A stretch of DNA of 64,000 nt from Anaeramoeba ignava BMAN (lineage: Eukaryota; Protista; Anaeramoebae), in assembly GCA_028826165.1 (NCBI GenBank), contig JAPDFW010000070.1, positions 682,001 to 746,000 of the forward strand, written 5' to 3'. Shown here in pieces: positions 1-12,831 of the stretch. Each line of letters begins with the position of its first letter. Within the stretch, counting starts at the first letter, position 1. The translations under genes and the position numbers were made by a program. The notes below the pieces were generated by a model. The model was not told where the DNA came from. It did not search any database and saw only the letters and a list, made by a program, of their open reading frames with translations.

Positions 1-1788
1 GAAGATATTTGGCATATTTATAATTTAATTGCCATTGGAGATATTATTTCTTCTAAAACTATGAGGAGAATAAAACGAGAAACATCAGGTGGAACAGTTA
101 CATCTCGAAAAACAATGGTTTTGTCAATCTCTGTCACTGACGTTTCTGTTGATTTAGAAACTTCCACAATAAGATTAAATGGGAAAACTACAAGTGATTC
201 GCAATATGTGAAAGTGAGTAAAATATCTCACTATTAAATCTTGTTTCTTCTTACAAACAACAAATATTAATTTTAATTTTAATTTTATAAATGAATTTTA
301 ATATTAATTTTAATTTTAATTTTAATTTTAATTTTATAAATGAATTTTAATTTTGATTTTAATTTTAATTTTAATTTTAATTTTAATTTTAATATTGATT
401 TTGATATTAATTTTAATTTTAATTTTATAAATGAATTTTGATTTTGATTTTAATTTTAATTTTAAATTTTAATTTTAATATTATAAATGAATTTTGATTT
501 TGATTTTAATTTTAATTTTAATTTTAATTTTGATTTTGATTTTAATTTTATAAATAATTTTAATCTTAATTTTATTATATTAAATAGATGGGACAATTCC
601 ATACAATTGTGCTTGAATTAAACAGAAAATTCACAATTCATAAAGATATTTGGGATAGTGTTTCTCTCAACAGAGTCAAGGAATCATCAGAATTAACAGA
701 AACGGCAAAAAATGCTGTTGTTGTAATGCACGAGGGATTATCCCACATTTGTTTAGTTACACAAAATTTAACATTAGTCAAACAGAAGTTTGTTAAACCA
801 AATTCTGAATAATTGCTCATTTAAATTTTTTCTTCCTAAATTGTTTCTTTTATTTTCTTTGTTCAATTTACAGAATCGAGCGCAACATCCCAAAAAAACG
901 GAATTTAGGCATTTCGAAAAGGGAAGATGCATTAAAAGATTTTTTCGAAATGATTTTTGATGGGATCAAGAAGAATATTAGCATCGAAAATGTGAATTGG
1001 ATTATAATTGCTAGTCCCGGATTTCTTAAGAACGATTTTTTCGAATACATAAAAGGAGAATTAACAAAACCTGAAAACAAATTGATTTCAGATAATATGG
1101 GGAAAATTATACTTGCTCATTGTTCTTCAGGATACAAGTAAGGAAACCAATTTCCAAAACACAGATTTCTTTTTGATTAAAAATTTTTTTGCTTTTTTTT
1201 TTAAGGCAAGCAATCAATGAAGTAATTTCGGATCCAGAAGTTTCATCAAAATTATCCAACACAAAAGCTGTTTCTGATACTTCTGTTCTTGATGAATTTC
1301 TTCGTTTACTTGAAACAGACACAGATAAAGCTGTTTATGGATTTAAAATGGTTGAAAAAGCTATTGAACTTCAAGCACTCGAAAAATTACTTATTACAGA
1401 CAGTAAATTCCGTTCTTTAAAATTGAAAGAAAGACAAGATTATGTTCGATTAGTTGATGAAGCAAAAAAAAGAGGAATTCAAATTTTCCATTTTTCTTCA
1501 AAACATTTAAGTGGTGAAAGATTGGATAGTTTGACTGGAATTGCTGGAGTTCTTCGTTATCCAATTCCTGATTTAGAAGAGATGTGTGAAGAAGATGAAA
1601 ATGAAAATGAAAATGAAAATGAAAAACAAAATGAAAATCAAAATGAAAATCAAAATGAAAATGAAAATCAAAATCAAAATCAAAATCAAAATCAAAATCA
1701 AAATCAAATTTATAATGATAATGATAATCAAAATGATATTCAAATTGATAATGATGAAAGTTATAGTGATAATGATAATTATTTTTAA
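1..1788 (+). CDS. PELO: Pelota/Dom34 ribosome-rescue factor, 5'-truncated; exons ~1-213, 588-788, 874-1137, 1206-1788
   Basis: Spliced translation has EDIWHIYNLIAIGD, RLNGK..S.YVKMGQFHTI.LELNRKFTIHK..WDS, IIIASPGF and SSKHLSGERLDSLTGIAGVLRYPIP. GT-AG introns join the frames. C-terminal NE/NQ tail. Confidence 0.93.
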
Positions 1789-2102
1789 TAATTTCTTTTT
1801 AAAATTTTAATAAATAAATAAATAAATTTTCTTTCTTTTTAAAAAATAAAAATTAGTTTTGTTTTGTTTTGTTTCGTTTCATTGATTTTCCAAAATTTCA
1901 AAAAAATTGTTGTTTTTTTTTTGATTTGAGTCAATCTTCCAAAAAAAAAAAAGTAACAAAAAAAAAAGTAGAATGAAAAAAAAAAGTAAAGTAAAGTAAA
2001 AGAAAAGAATTTTGATTAAGAAAAAGAAAAAAAAAAGTCAATTAAGAAGTAAAAAAAGAATCTTTTCTTGTTTTTGTTTGTTTGATTCAAAAAAGAAAAA
2101 AT

Positions 2103-2952
2103 TTAATCGGAATCAGAATCAGATTCTTGACGTTCTTTGTTGTATTCCTCAATTTCTTTTTTGAAAGCAACTTTAGCATCATCAGCTTGTTTTTTAAATT
2201 TCTATTATTATTTTAAAAATAAAATTAAAATAAATATAAAATAAAAGAAAAATAAAAAAGAAAAAGAACAATTTACGCTTTTCTCGTCTTCAGGAGCATC
2301 TTTCCACATTTGAGCAATTGCTTTACTTAAATCACCAACTTTGATTCCTTTGTTCTTTTCCATAACTTTATCACGAACTGAATCAGCATAAAGTAAATAA
2401 GCATTCTTGGGTTTTTTAGGAGGAGCTAAATACTTGTGTTTTTTATTCTTTCTTGTTTTACGAGCTTCTTTATCTGAATCACTTGATTTTTCATTTTCTT
2501 TATTGTATTTCTCCATTTTTTTTTCATATTCAGATTTTTCTTCAGCAGCTTTCTTTTGAAAAACCTAATTTAAAATTTTTTAATTATAATTTTTTAATTA
2601 AATTTTAAATTAAAAACCGTTAAAAAAAATTTTTTTTTGTTTATTTTTTTTAATTTAAAAACCGTTAAATTTTTTTTTTTGTTTTGTTTTATTTTGTTTT
2701 ATTTACTTCTTTATCTTTGTCAGACATTTCTTTCCACATTGCTCCTGTTAATTTACTAAGTTCTCCAACTTTGATTCCTTTGTTTTTTTCCATTAATTCG
2801 GGTCGTTTTTCTGCTGCAAAGATTAAATAAGCATTTCTTGGTTTTTTTGGTTTTGCATTTGGATCTTCAACTGGTGATTCAACTTTTTTTGTAACTTTTT
2901 TTGGAGATTTTTTGGTATCTTTTTTTGTATTCTTTTTTTTTTTTGAATCCAT
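2103..2952 (-). CDS. Two-HMG-box protein (HMGB/Nhp6-like), 3 exons (2952-2707, 2564-2278, 2201-2103)
   Basis: DPNAKPKKPRNAYLIFAAEKR..GELSKLTGAMWKEMS and PKKPKNAYLLYADSVR..DLSKAIAQMWK HMG-box motifs; each box is split by a phase-0 intron at an equivalent position. Confidence 0.9.
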
Positions 2953-3437
2953 TTGTTTTTGTTAATTTGTAAAAAAAAATTTTTTTATTATAAAAAAATA
3001 AAAATAAAAGTAAAAAAATAAAAGTGAAAAAATAAAAGTGAAATAAAAATTAAGCTGCTCTTGAAATTTTATTTTCATTTATAATTTTTTTTTTTTAAAA
3101 TTTAATTCAAAAAATAAATAAAAAACAAATAAAAAGAAAAAGAAAAAGTTTAATTTCGATCAATAAAAATAAAAAAAAAGAAAATTTAAATAAAAAAAAA
3201 AAAAATTTAATTAAAAAATTTAAATAAAAAATTAAATAAAAATGATTAACGATTTAACGAATCAAATTTAATTAAAACAAATAAGAAAAAAAAAAAATGG
3301 AGAAAAAAAAAAGAAAAAGAAAAAAAAGGAGAAAAAAAATTATTAAAAAGTGGATTTTTGTTTATTTTTTTATTTTTTCATTTTTTCATTTTTTCTATTT
3401 TTCCTTTTTTTTTTTTTTAAAAAAAAACACAATTAAA

Positions 3438-6400
3438 ATGTCTGAAGTTGATAAACACAATAAACACAATAAACACAATAAACACAAACAGAACAATAAA
3501 CAGAACAATAAACAGAACAATAAACAGAACAACAAACAGAACAATAAACAGAACAATAAACAGAACAATAAACAGAACAATAAAAAGAACAATAAAAAGA
3601 ACAATAAAAAGAACAACAAAGATAACAATAAGGATAACAACAAAGATAACAATAAGGATAACAACAAAGATAACAATAAGGATAACAATAATAATAAAAA
3701 CAAAAAAGATAAACAAAACGATAATAATAATAAACAAAAAGATAAAAAGAAAGATAATACACATAAATCAAAATCAAAATCAAAATCAAAATCAAATTCA
3801 AAATCAAAATCAAAATCAAAATCAAAATCAAAATCAAAATCAAAATCTAAATCAAAATCAAAAATTAATGATAACAAAAACAATAACAATAACAATAATA
3901 ATCAAACTAATCAAGATGATAATTCAATTATTAAGGTAAAATTATAAAATAATTTATATATATTTTAAATATTTTTTTATATAAATATTTTATTATATAC
4001 ATATTTTTTAAAAGAGTGTACGAATTGATGACTTAACATTCCAAAAAGCAACTTTAATTATCAATGTAGCTCCAAGCACACGAATTACTTTAGATATTGA
4101 TCCGAAATGTAGTTCAAGTCACAAAAGTGAAGACCAAAAAACCAGAAAAAAATATAACTTCACCTTGACAGAATTATTTCCATCACAAACTTATTCAATA
4201 TTAGTAAAAGATCCAAAAACAGAAACAGTTCACAAAAGATTACAGTTCAGAACACCAGATAACAACTGGGTTCAACAATTCAACGATTTAATATTGAAAA
4301 TATCATATTTAAAGAATAGACCAAAAATTGAACAATGGGGGAAAAATTACCAGGAAAACATTCAGAAAAGACAAGAGGAAATCAAGAAGAAAAAAGAGCA
4401 AAAAAAGAGACAAAAAAAAGAAAAGAAAAAACAACAACAACAAGAGAAGAGCAAAAACGAACAAGAAAGCGGCAACGATAGCGATGATGATAGTGAAGAT
4501 GAAGATGAAGATGATGATGATGATGACAAAATTTCTAAAGAAAATACAGCATCTCCATTCCTTCTTTTTATATCAAAAATCCAAAAAAGTTATGACAACC
4601 TGAAACAAAACCCTTCAAAATCTACATCTATTCTCCAAGAAAGCTTCACCAAATTCAATTTCTTTCATAAAACTCAGCAAGCGGACAATCTTCCAGATAC
4701 TGGAATTTTTGATGATTTCTTTGATAAATTTGTCACTTCTTTGAGTTCAGATAAAAAAGTCAAAAACCCAATAAATAAAGAACTCAAAGAATTAATTAAA
4801 TCAATCAACAAATATCAAATCCCCAAAACAAAAACAAAACGTTATTTCGATTCTCAAAAAATATACCCAATTATTTTGGAAGAATCAATAGAAAAAACAC
4901 TTACAAACCAACAAGTTTTTCGAAATACCGAAGCTCCTCCAACTCAATCCCAAAACCACAAGAAAAATGTTTGAATTCATTTAAAAAAAAAATTTAAAAA
5001 GAAAATTTATATAAATTCTAATTTTTAATTAGGTAATTAAGCGCCTCCCTCCAAAAATTAATATACAAAGCATTTGGGATCAGTTTGAAAAAGAAACACA
5101 GAATTTTATTAATAAAGAGCATATCAATTGGAATCCTACTTTATTTTTCCGCTATTTATCTTTAAAAAATGAAGTTATTCCGTTTCTGGAAGAGGAATTA
5201 AATGAAAATGGAAATCAAAATGAAAAGGATAAAAACGCAAAAAAAAAACTTATTCAAGAAATGAAAGATCAAGATTTCGATATTGATATATCAGAAATAG
5301 ATTTCAAAAATATTTATGAGAGCAGGAAAAGAAAAATTACAAAAAAGAATTATAATATTAATAAGAAGAATAATTTACTCGAGGATAAAACTGATAAAAA
5401 CAAATTAATTAAATATCGGTTTTCAAGACAAGAAGCTGACAATTTCTGGTTGCATTTTATTTTGAGGCATTACACATTTGCTCGACTTTTAATATTTTCT
5501 AAACAGGAATATGCATTTATGTCTTGCTTCGATTACCCAAAAGAACTACAAGAAAAATATGATTTTAATTACTCTTCATGGTTTATACTTTCTTATATTG
5601 AATTTTTATATTCAAAAAAATTCAGTCACAATATCGAAGAGCAATATTTTATTCAAAATGTACTATCCAATAAAAATCTAGACTTTGTTGCTGGTTTATC
5701 ATCAATAAATATTGAAAATTTCATTAAATCAAAGAGCGTTGATGAACGTGAGATTAGAGACAATTTGAATGTAGCTAGAAAATTTTTGAAAACACGTCAT
5801 AAAGAGGAAGTTTCCGATAATGAATTCTTTAAGGAAATTAAAGAATCAGAGGAAATACCCTCTTCAAAAATTACCAAATTTCTTAACACCATAGATTTCA
5901 ATTTTTCGCTTAAAGATATCAATATCGGTAAATTTGAATTAGTTGAATCAGCGATCAAGTTTATCTTCGCCAATTCTTTTCCAATTGAACCTGAAATTAA
6001 AGAAATTATTGAGCTTCCAAAAAATTCCAAAGAATATCAAGATTTCTTTTTTAGAAAAAAAATTTCATCAGAAATAGAAATCCCACACAAAATACAACCA
6101 CTCACATTTAATCAAAATCCAATTAACTCCAACAAAGAACCATTGAAATTAAACCAAACAGATCAACACCAAGAACAATTTTGGTTTTTCTATGGCAAAA
6201 AAACAGAGCTTCTTAGTGAAACGGTTGATCTTGACAATCCATTTCTTCCTTTATTGGGATTAAAAAATAAAGGCTATCCTTTCTTTGAATCCCCCCTTGA
6301 TGCTCATATATTTGCTGATAGTGAAAATGATTTTTATTCTCTTTATTTGGCTTGTGTTTTTCTTGGTAAAGTTGCTCCTGAGTCATCCAAAGATTTATAT

Positions 6401-6508
6401 CTTTTTAATTCAATTATCGAAAAATCAGATTCACAACAAAATCAGATTTTTGTTTTTGAACGTGCTCAATTCTATTTGAAATATAAGATCACATATAAGA
6501 TCAACTAA
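3438..6508 (+). CDS. Uncharacterised protein with a K/N/S low-complexity N-terminus and a possible PH-like segment; 3 exons (3438-3935, 4015-4968, 5033-6508)
   Basis: Long open frames are joined by GT-AG introns. No family recognised; the PH-like call is only from the strand pattern ending in WVQQFNDLILK. Confidence 0.6.
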
Positions 6509-6539
6509 AATCAAAATTTGCATTCCAATTACAATTCAA

Positions 6540-7240
6540 ATTCCAAATTTAATTTTAATTTTAATTTTAATTTTAATTTTCAAATTTAATTTCAATTTTC
6601 AATTCAATTTTCAATTCAATTTTCAATTCAATTTTCAATTCAATTTTCAATTCAATTTTCAATTCAATTTTCAATTCAATTTTCAATTCAATTTTCAATT
6701 CAATTTTCAATTCAATTTCAATTTTAATTTTCAATTTTAATTTTCAATTTTAATTTTCAATTTCTAATTCAATTTTAAATTCAATCCAATTTCTAATTCA
6801 ATTTTAAATTCAATTTTAAATCCAAATTTAATTCAAATTCCAAATTTAATTTTAAATTCAATTTCAATTTTAAATCCAAATTTAATTCAATTTTAATTTT
6901 CAATCCAAATTTAATTCAATTTTAATTTTCAATCCAAATTTAATTTTCAATTCAATTTCAATTTTCAATCCAAATTCGATTTTAATTTCAATCCAAATTT
7001 AATTCAATTTTAATTTTAAATTCAATTTTAAATTCAATTTTAATTTTAAATCTAATTTCAATTTTAATTTTAATTTTAAATCTAATTTCAATTTTAATTC
7101 AATTTTAATTCAATTTTAATTTTCAATTCAATTTTCAATTCAATTTTAATTTTTAATTTTCAATTTCAATTTTAATTTTAAATTCAATTTTAATTTCAAT
7201 TCAATTTTAATTTTCAATTCAATTTTAATTTCGATTTTAA
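6540..7240. repeat. Intergenic AT-rich simple repeat (AATTCAATTTTC / AATTTT units)
   Basis: Direct 12-mer tandem repeats at ~6600-6715, degenerating on both sides. Confidence 0.85.
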
Positions 7241-7361
7241 TTGCTTTTTTCGTTTTTTTTTTTTCTTTTAAAAAAGCAAAATAAAAAAGCAAAAAAAAAA
7301 ACAATTTTATAAAATCATTTTTTTTCCCAAATTAAAAAGTAAAAAACATATCAAAAAAAAA

Positions 7362-8602
7362 ATGGAAAAAAAAGCTATAAAAGTAATAGGATTTAATGGA
7401 AGTCCAAAAGCACGAGGAAACACATGGTGGATGTTAACTAAGATGTTTGATGTATTTAAAGATAACGGAGTCGAAACAGAACTTGTGCATATTGGAAACA
7501 AAAAAATACATGGATGTATGCACTGTATGCAATGTGTTGGTCAAGGTAAATGCACTATTGATACTGATATCGTCAATGAAAGTGTAGAAAAAATTAAGAA
7601 ATCAGATGGTATGATTCTTGCTACTCCTGTTTATTTTGCTGGTCCTTCTGGACAAATGAAACTTTTTATGGATCGTGTTGCTTTTGTAATTTTTAAAAAT
7701 TTAATTTAATTAAAACAATAATAATATTTAATAATAATATTTATTAATAATAATAATATTTAATAATATTAATAATAATATTATTTAATAATAATATTTA
7801 TTAATAATAATATTTAATAATAATATTTAATAATAATATTTATTTAATAATAATAATAATATTTATTTAATAATAATATTTAATAATAATATTTATTTAA
7901 TAATAATAATATTTAATAATAATATTTAATAATAATATTTAATAATAATATTAATAAATAATATTAATATTAATAAATAATAATATTTATTTAATAATAT
8001 TTAATAATATTTAATAATAATATTTAATAATAATATTTAATAATATTTAATAATAATATTTATTAATAATAATATTTATTTAATAATAATATTTATTTAA
8101 TAATAATATTTAATAATAATATTTAATAATAATATTTAATAATAATATTTAATAATAATATTTAATAATAATAATTAATAATAATATATATTTAATAATA
8201 TTTATTTATTAATAATATTAATATTATAAAAAAAGGTTGCTGCAATGAACAGAGATAAAGATGGTCACAACTTTTTATATAGAAAAGTTGGTGCAGGAAT
8301 TAGTGTTCATAGAAGAGCAGGAGGAACAAACACTTTATCTCAATTAAATTACTTTTATGGTATCAATGGATCAATTATTCCTGGTTCAAAATATTGGAAT
8401 GTAAACAATTAACTTCTTTATGAAAAAAAAAATAAATTGATTCTGATTTTAATTTTTGTTTTGAAAAATTTAGTTTACTGTTGGACTTAATCCTGGTGAT
8501 TCTCAAAATGATGATGAAGGAACTAAAAATTTAGTTGATCTTGCTGATCAAATGGTTTGGTTAATGAAAATGATAAAAGATAACAAAGAGAAAAACAAAT
8601 GA
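7362..8602 (+). CDS. Iron-sulfur flavoprotein / NADPH-dependent FMN reductase (flavodoxin-like, Isf type); exons 7362-7685, 8236-8400, 8474-8602
   Basis: GFNGSPKARGNT, CMHCMQCVGQGKC (CX2CX2CX5C), DGMILATPVYF..SGQMKLFMDR, KVGAGISVHRRAGG, PGSKYWN, DDEG. Confidence 0.88.
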
Positions 8603-8746
8603 AAATTATCAAATTGAATTTTTCAAAAAAAAAAAAAAAGAATAATCAAATCTATTTTAAGTTTCAATTTAATCCAAAAATAAATCATTTTAATCTTTCT
8701 TCAAACAAAAAAAAAAAGATTTTAAATTTGATGTTTTTTTTTCTTT

Positions 8747-11351
8747 TCACTTTTTTATATTTTGCATTTTATTGAAAAAATTTTTAATCTTTTTTGAATT
8801 TGGAAATTTTTCTTTTGCATTAATTATAATTGGAAGAATTTGATCCACTTTTCTTTTGATTAATTTTCTAAATTCTAAATAATAAAATAAATTATTTTTT
8901 TTTAAATAAATTTAATTCATTTTTTTTAAAAACAAAACCTGGAATTTTTAAATATCGATTTAAAAGATTTGATCCACTTTCTTGAATCACTTCATTTTCA
9001 ATCCATTTCGATAATAAATTTATTATTTTAGGAATTGATTCTTTGAATATTTCTTTCTCTAAAAAAGAAAAAAAGAAAAAAAAAGAAAAGAAAATTAAAT
9101 GTTTTCGATTAAAATTTGTTAAAATTACTTAATATTAATTTTGAATTTTTTAAAAGTAAAAATCCATTTTCTATAAGATCTTCTGAATCTGGGAATTCTT
9201 TCCATACTTGAAAAATAATATTTTCTATATTTTCTTTTTGAATTATTTCTTGATTTTCTTTTTTTTTTGTTTTGGTTTTGATTAATTTTTTAAATTGAAA
9301 GAAAAGGAAAAAATTATTTTTTTTTTACTTTCATTTCCAATAATAAGATTTGATAAAGCTAAGATTCCATTTCGTTGTATTTCTATTTCATTTGGAAAAT
9401 CTTTAAGAGAATTAATGATAAGTTCAATTCCTTTTAATTTTCTAATTTGGTTTTGAATTTCTAAATATTTTTTTTTTGAGAAATTAGAAAATTTTTTTTT
9501 TGTTCCACTTTTTTTTTTTTTTACTAAAATTATCAATAGTTAAATTTGCTAAAAGATCAAATCCATTTGATTGAATAGAAAACTTTTCTTTATATTTTTT
9601 TAATATTTCTATAATAATTTGAATTTCTCTTTGTTGAATTAATTTTTGATTTTCTAAATAAATAAAATAAATAAAATGTTATTTTTGTTTTTGATTAAAA
9701 TTAAATTTTGATTTAAATTTTTATTTTTACGAGGTTTTTCAAAAGAGAAATTTGATAAAGCAAAAATTCCCGAAAATGCAATTGGGAAAATATTTTTAGA
9801 TCTTGAAATAGAATCTATAATTATATTAATTCCTTTTTCTTTTTGAATTATTTCTTGATTTTCTTTTTTTTTGTTTTGGTTTTGATTAATTTTTTAAATT
9901 GAAAGAAAAGGAAAAAATTTAATTTTTTTTTACTTTCATTTCCAATAATAAGATTTGATAAAGCTAAGATTCCATTTCGTTGTATTTCTATTTCATTTGG
10001 AAAATATTTAAGAGAATTAATGATAATTTCAATTCCTTTTAATTCTCTAATTTGGTTTTGAATTTCTAAATATTTTTTTTTTGAGAAATTAGAAAATTTT
10101 TTTTTGTTCCACTTTTTTTTTTTTTACCAAAATTATCAATAGTTAAATTTGCTAAAAGATCAAATCCATTTGATTGAAGTAAAGAATTATCAGGAAACTT
10201 TTCCAAACTTTCAATAACAAATGAAATACCATCAAATTCCTGGATAGTTTTTTGATATGCTAAAAAAAATAACAAAAAAAAAAAAGAATAAAAACATTTT
10301 AAATCATTTAAATGAATTTTGAATTAAAAATGGCTAGAAAAATTTTACATTTGAGTTTACTACCTTCTGTACAAAAACGTGATAAAGATGATAATGAATT
10401 TAATAGATTATATGAATCTAAATTTGATTTGCTATTCTCAGTTTGCAAATTTTCTTTCATAATTTCAATGATTACTTTAATATTATTTCTTTCATCTTCA
10501 TTAATACTTTCATATTTTTGTTGGGAAGAAACAACGATATTTGATTCTTCATCTACTTGGTACTTTATATCTTTGTTTTGCAAATTTGAAAGGGAATTAA
10601 TGATTGTTTTTGGTGGGCGTGAAATAAGTGAGATCAAATGTGGACCATTTATTTGCATCCAAATATAAACCATTTTTTTTAGAACAAAACCACCAGGATC
10701 CTTAAATATTTCATCATTTTGATTAATTTCTTCTTGATTATTTCTTTGGTCTATCAATTTTAACAAAGAAATCAACTTCTCCAATGAAAGTAATCCAATT
10801 TTATTTTCTGGAACCAAAGTAAGATTTCTCAACAAAATCTCATTTATTTTCTGTCCTAAAGAATGTTCTTTAAAACTCGAAATTTCGATCCAAAAATCCA
10901 AAATATTTTCTTTTGTAATAAATTTATGCATTTCATAAGAGATTTTTTCTTTGAATTTCTCCAACCCCAATTCATCTGCAATAATAAATAAATGAATAAA
11001 GTCATATTCTTTGATTTTAAATTTCCCATAATAAAGATATTGAACAATTTTTTTCACTAGTTTTTTTGGATAATTTAATTTGATTTTGTTATTTCCTTCT
11101 AAAATTTTTTTGAATAAAAATGATGAACGTGAAACTATTAATTTATGACAACAAAATTTCCCTGATTCACAAATAATTTCAAAATCTGGTTGTATTTGGT
11201 TTTGATTTTCATTTAATTTTTGAAATTTTGGAGTTAATTTTTTCCAATAGTTATGCATTTCTTCGATAATTTCTTTATCATAATCTTTTTTATTAAGAGA
11301 AATTGATTCTTTTGATTTTTCGTTTTGATTGAAAATATTTGATTCAAACAT
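8747..11351 (-). CDS. BTB/POZ(-BACK) domain plus ARM-like repeat protein; large first exon followed by ~8 exons of about one repeat each
   Basis: DFEIICESGKFCCHKLIVSRSS..VQYLYYGK (BTB). Downstream exons encode GIELIINSLKxFPNEIEIQRNGILALSNL-type repeats with phase-1 introns. Stop TGA at 8747-8749. Confidence 0.75.
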
Positions 11352-11474
11352 TTGGAAGAATATTATTTTTTATAATTTTATTTTAGAAAAAAAAAATGAA
11401 AAAAAATGAATCAGGAAAAAAAAAGTTTTTATAATAAAAATCTTATCTAAAAAAAAAAGTTTTGAATATAATTT

Positions 11475-12748
11475 TCATTTGAATTCATGTTGGAATTCAG
11501 AAATAAGTTGCAAAATATCACCTTTTTGTTGATCTTTTTCGATTCTAGAAATAATTTGTGTTAATGCTTGATATAGTTGTTTGTTTTCTTTTGAAAACTT
11601 TTCTCTTGATTCAATTGTTGTTTTTATTAGTTCAGATTGAGTTAAAAGGATATGATTCAATTCCTTTTTCTTTTCTCGATGATTTTTTTCCATTTCTTCA
11701 ATATCCTTGATTTTCTGTTGAATTTCTTGTTCTTTTTGGCTCCAAAAATCATTAAAGTGTTTTTGTATTTTTTCAATTTTGGAAATGAATTGATTCTGAT
11801 CTTTTTGTAAATCAAAAATAAGTGGAGTTATTTCTTTCATTTCTGATAATTTACCAAGAAAATTCTTGCCAATTTGCGTAATTTCTTCGTTATTGATTTC
11901 AAAAAACATTTCTTCTGATCTTAAATCATCTTGAAATCCAAAATGGACTTTAAATAGGAATAATTAATTGATTGATTTTAAAAATAAATTAATAAATTAG
12001 ATAAAATCTTTTTTTTTTTAATTAGTAATTTATGAATAAAAACGTTTGTCTTGAATATCTTCTGTTCCAATATCACTGTATGTTTCAAAAATGGAGAAAT
12101 CATGACTTTCAGTTAAAACGTCATATGTTGTTGTTGTGTCTAATTGGAAATCTATTGATTTTTCATTAGTATAAGAAGGCGTTTCATCATATTTTTTAGG
12201 ACTGACCATTGCTTTGAAAATGGGTTCATTTGACAAAAAATAAACAGTTAACTAAATTTAGTTCGTTTGATTTTAAGTTAGTTTTTAAATTGGATTTTTC
12301 CATAACTTTTAAAAACAATTACAATCAATTCAACCCAAAAAATATCATTTGATTGAGTTTTCATTTGAATAAAAACATTAGTCCAAGATGGTTTTTTAGT
12401 TGAATTTGTTTTTCTTATTGATTTGATTAAATAATTAATTAATAAAAAAATAAAGGGATTGTTTTCTTTTTTTTTTTTATAATAATAAAAATACTCTTCT
12501 AGTGATAAAAAAAAGAACACAAGCAATTGCCCAGTAAACATATTAAAATGGGTTTGATAAAAAGGGCAGAAATCACTGAAAAACCGATTATTAGGGTTTT
12601 CAGTTATTCCAAGTATATTTACAAAAGATTGATTAGATTCAATTATTTTTCCATTTATATCAAGTGCTATAAAAGCTTCTTTTGATTTCTGAAGTGAATC
12701 ACAATTGGTTCGGAAAATTTTTGGGGTTATTTTTAATGAATTTCCCAT
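11475..12748 (-). CDS. PAS-like domain plus C-terminal coiled-coil protein, with intron(s) and apparent frameshift(s)
   Basis: EAFIALDINGKIIESNQSFVNILG and FWVELIV are PAS-like. An in-frame intron at ~11948-12043 joins two ORFs. The junction near 12240-12290 is broken. Confidence 0.5.
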
Positions 12749-12831
12749 TTTTATTAAAAAAAAAAAAAAGAAGAAAAATAATTTTAATTTTTTAATTTTT
12801 TATTTTAATTTTTTCTTTTATTTTTTTTTTA

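Noticed and set aside
1586-3939. MKIKIK, LLFC, INRT and YCSV repeat ORFs
   Set aside because: They are alternative-frame or antisense readings of microsatellite-like tracts inside real genes.
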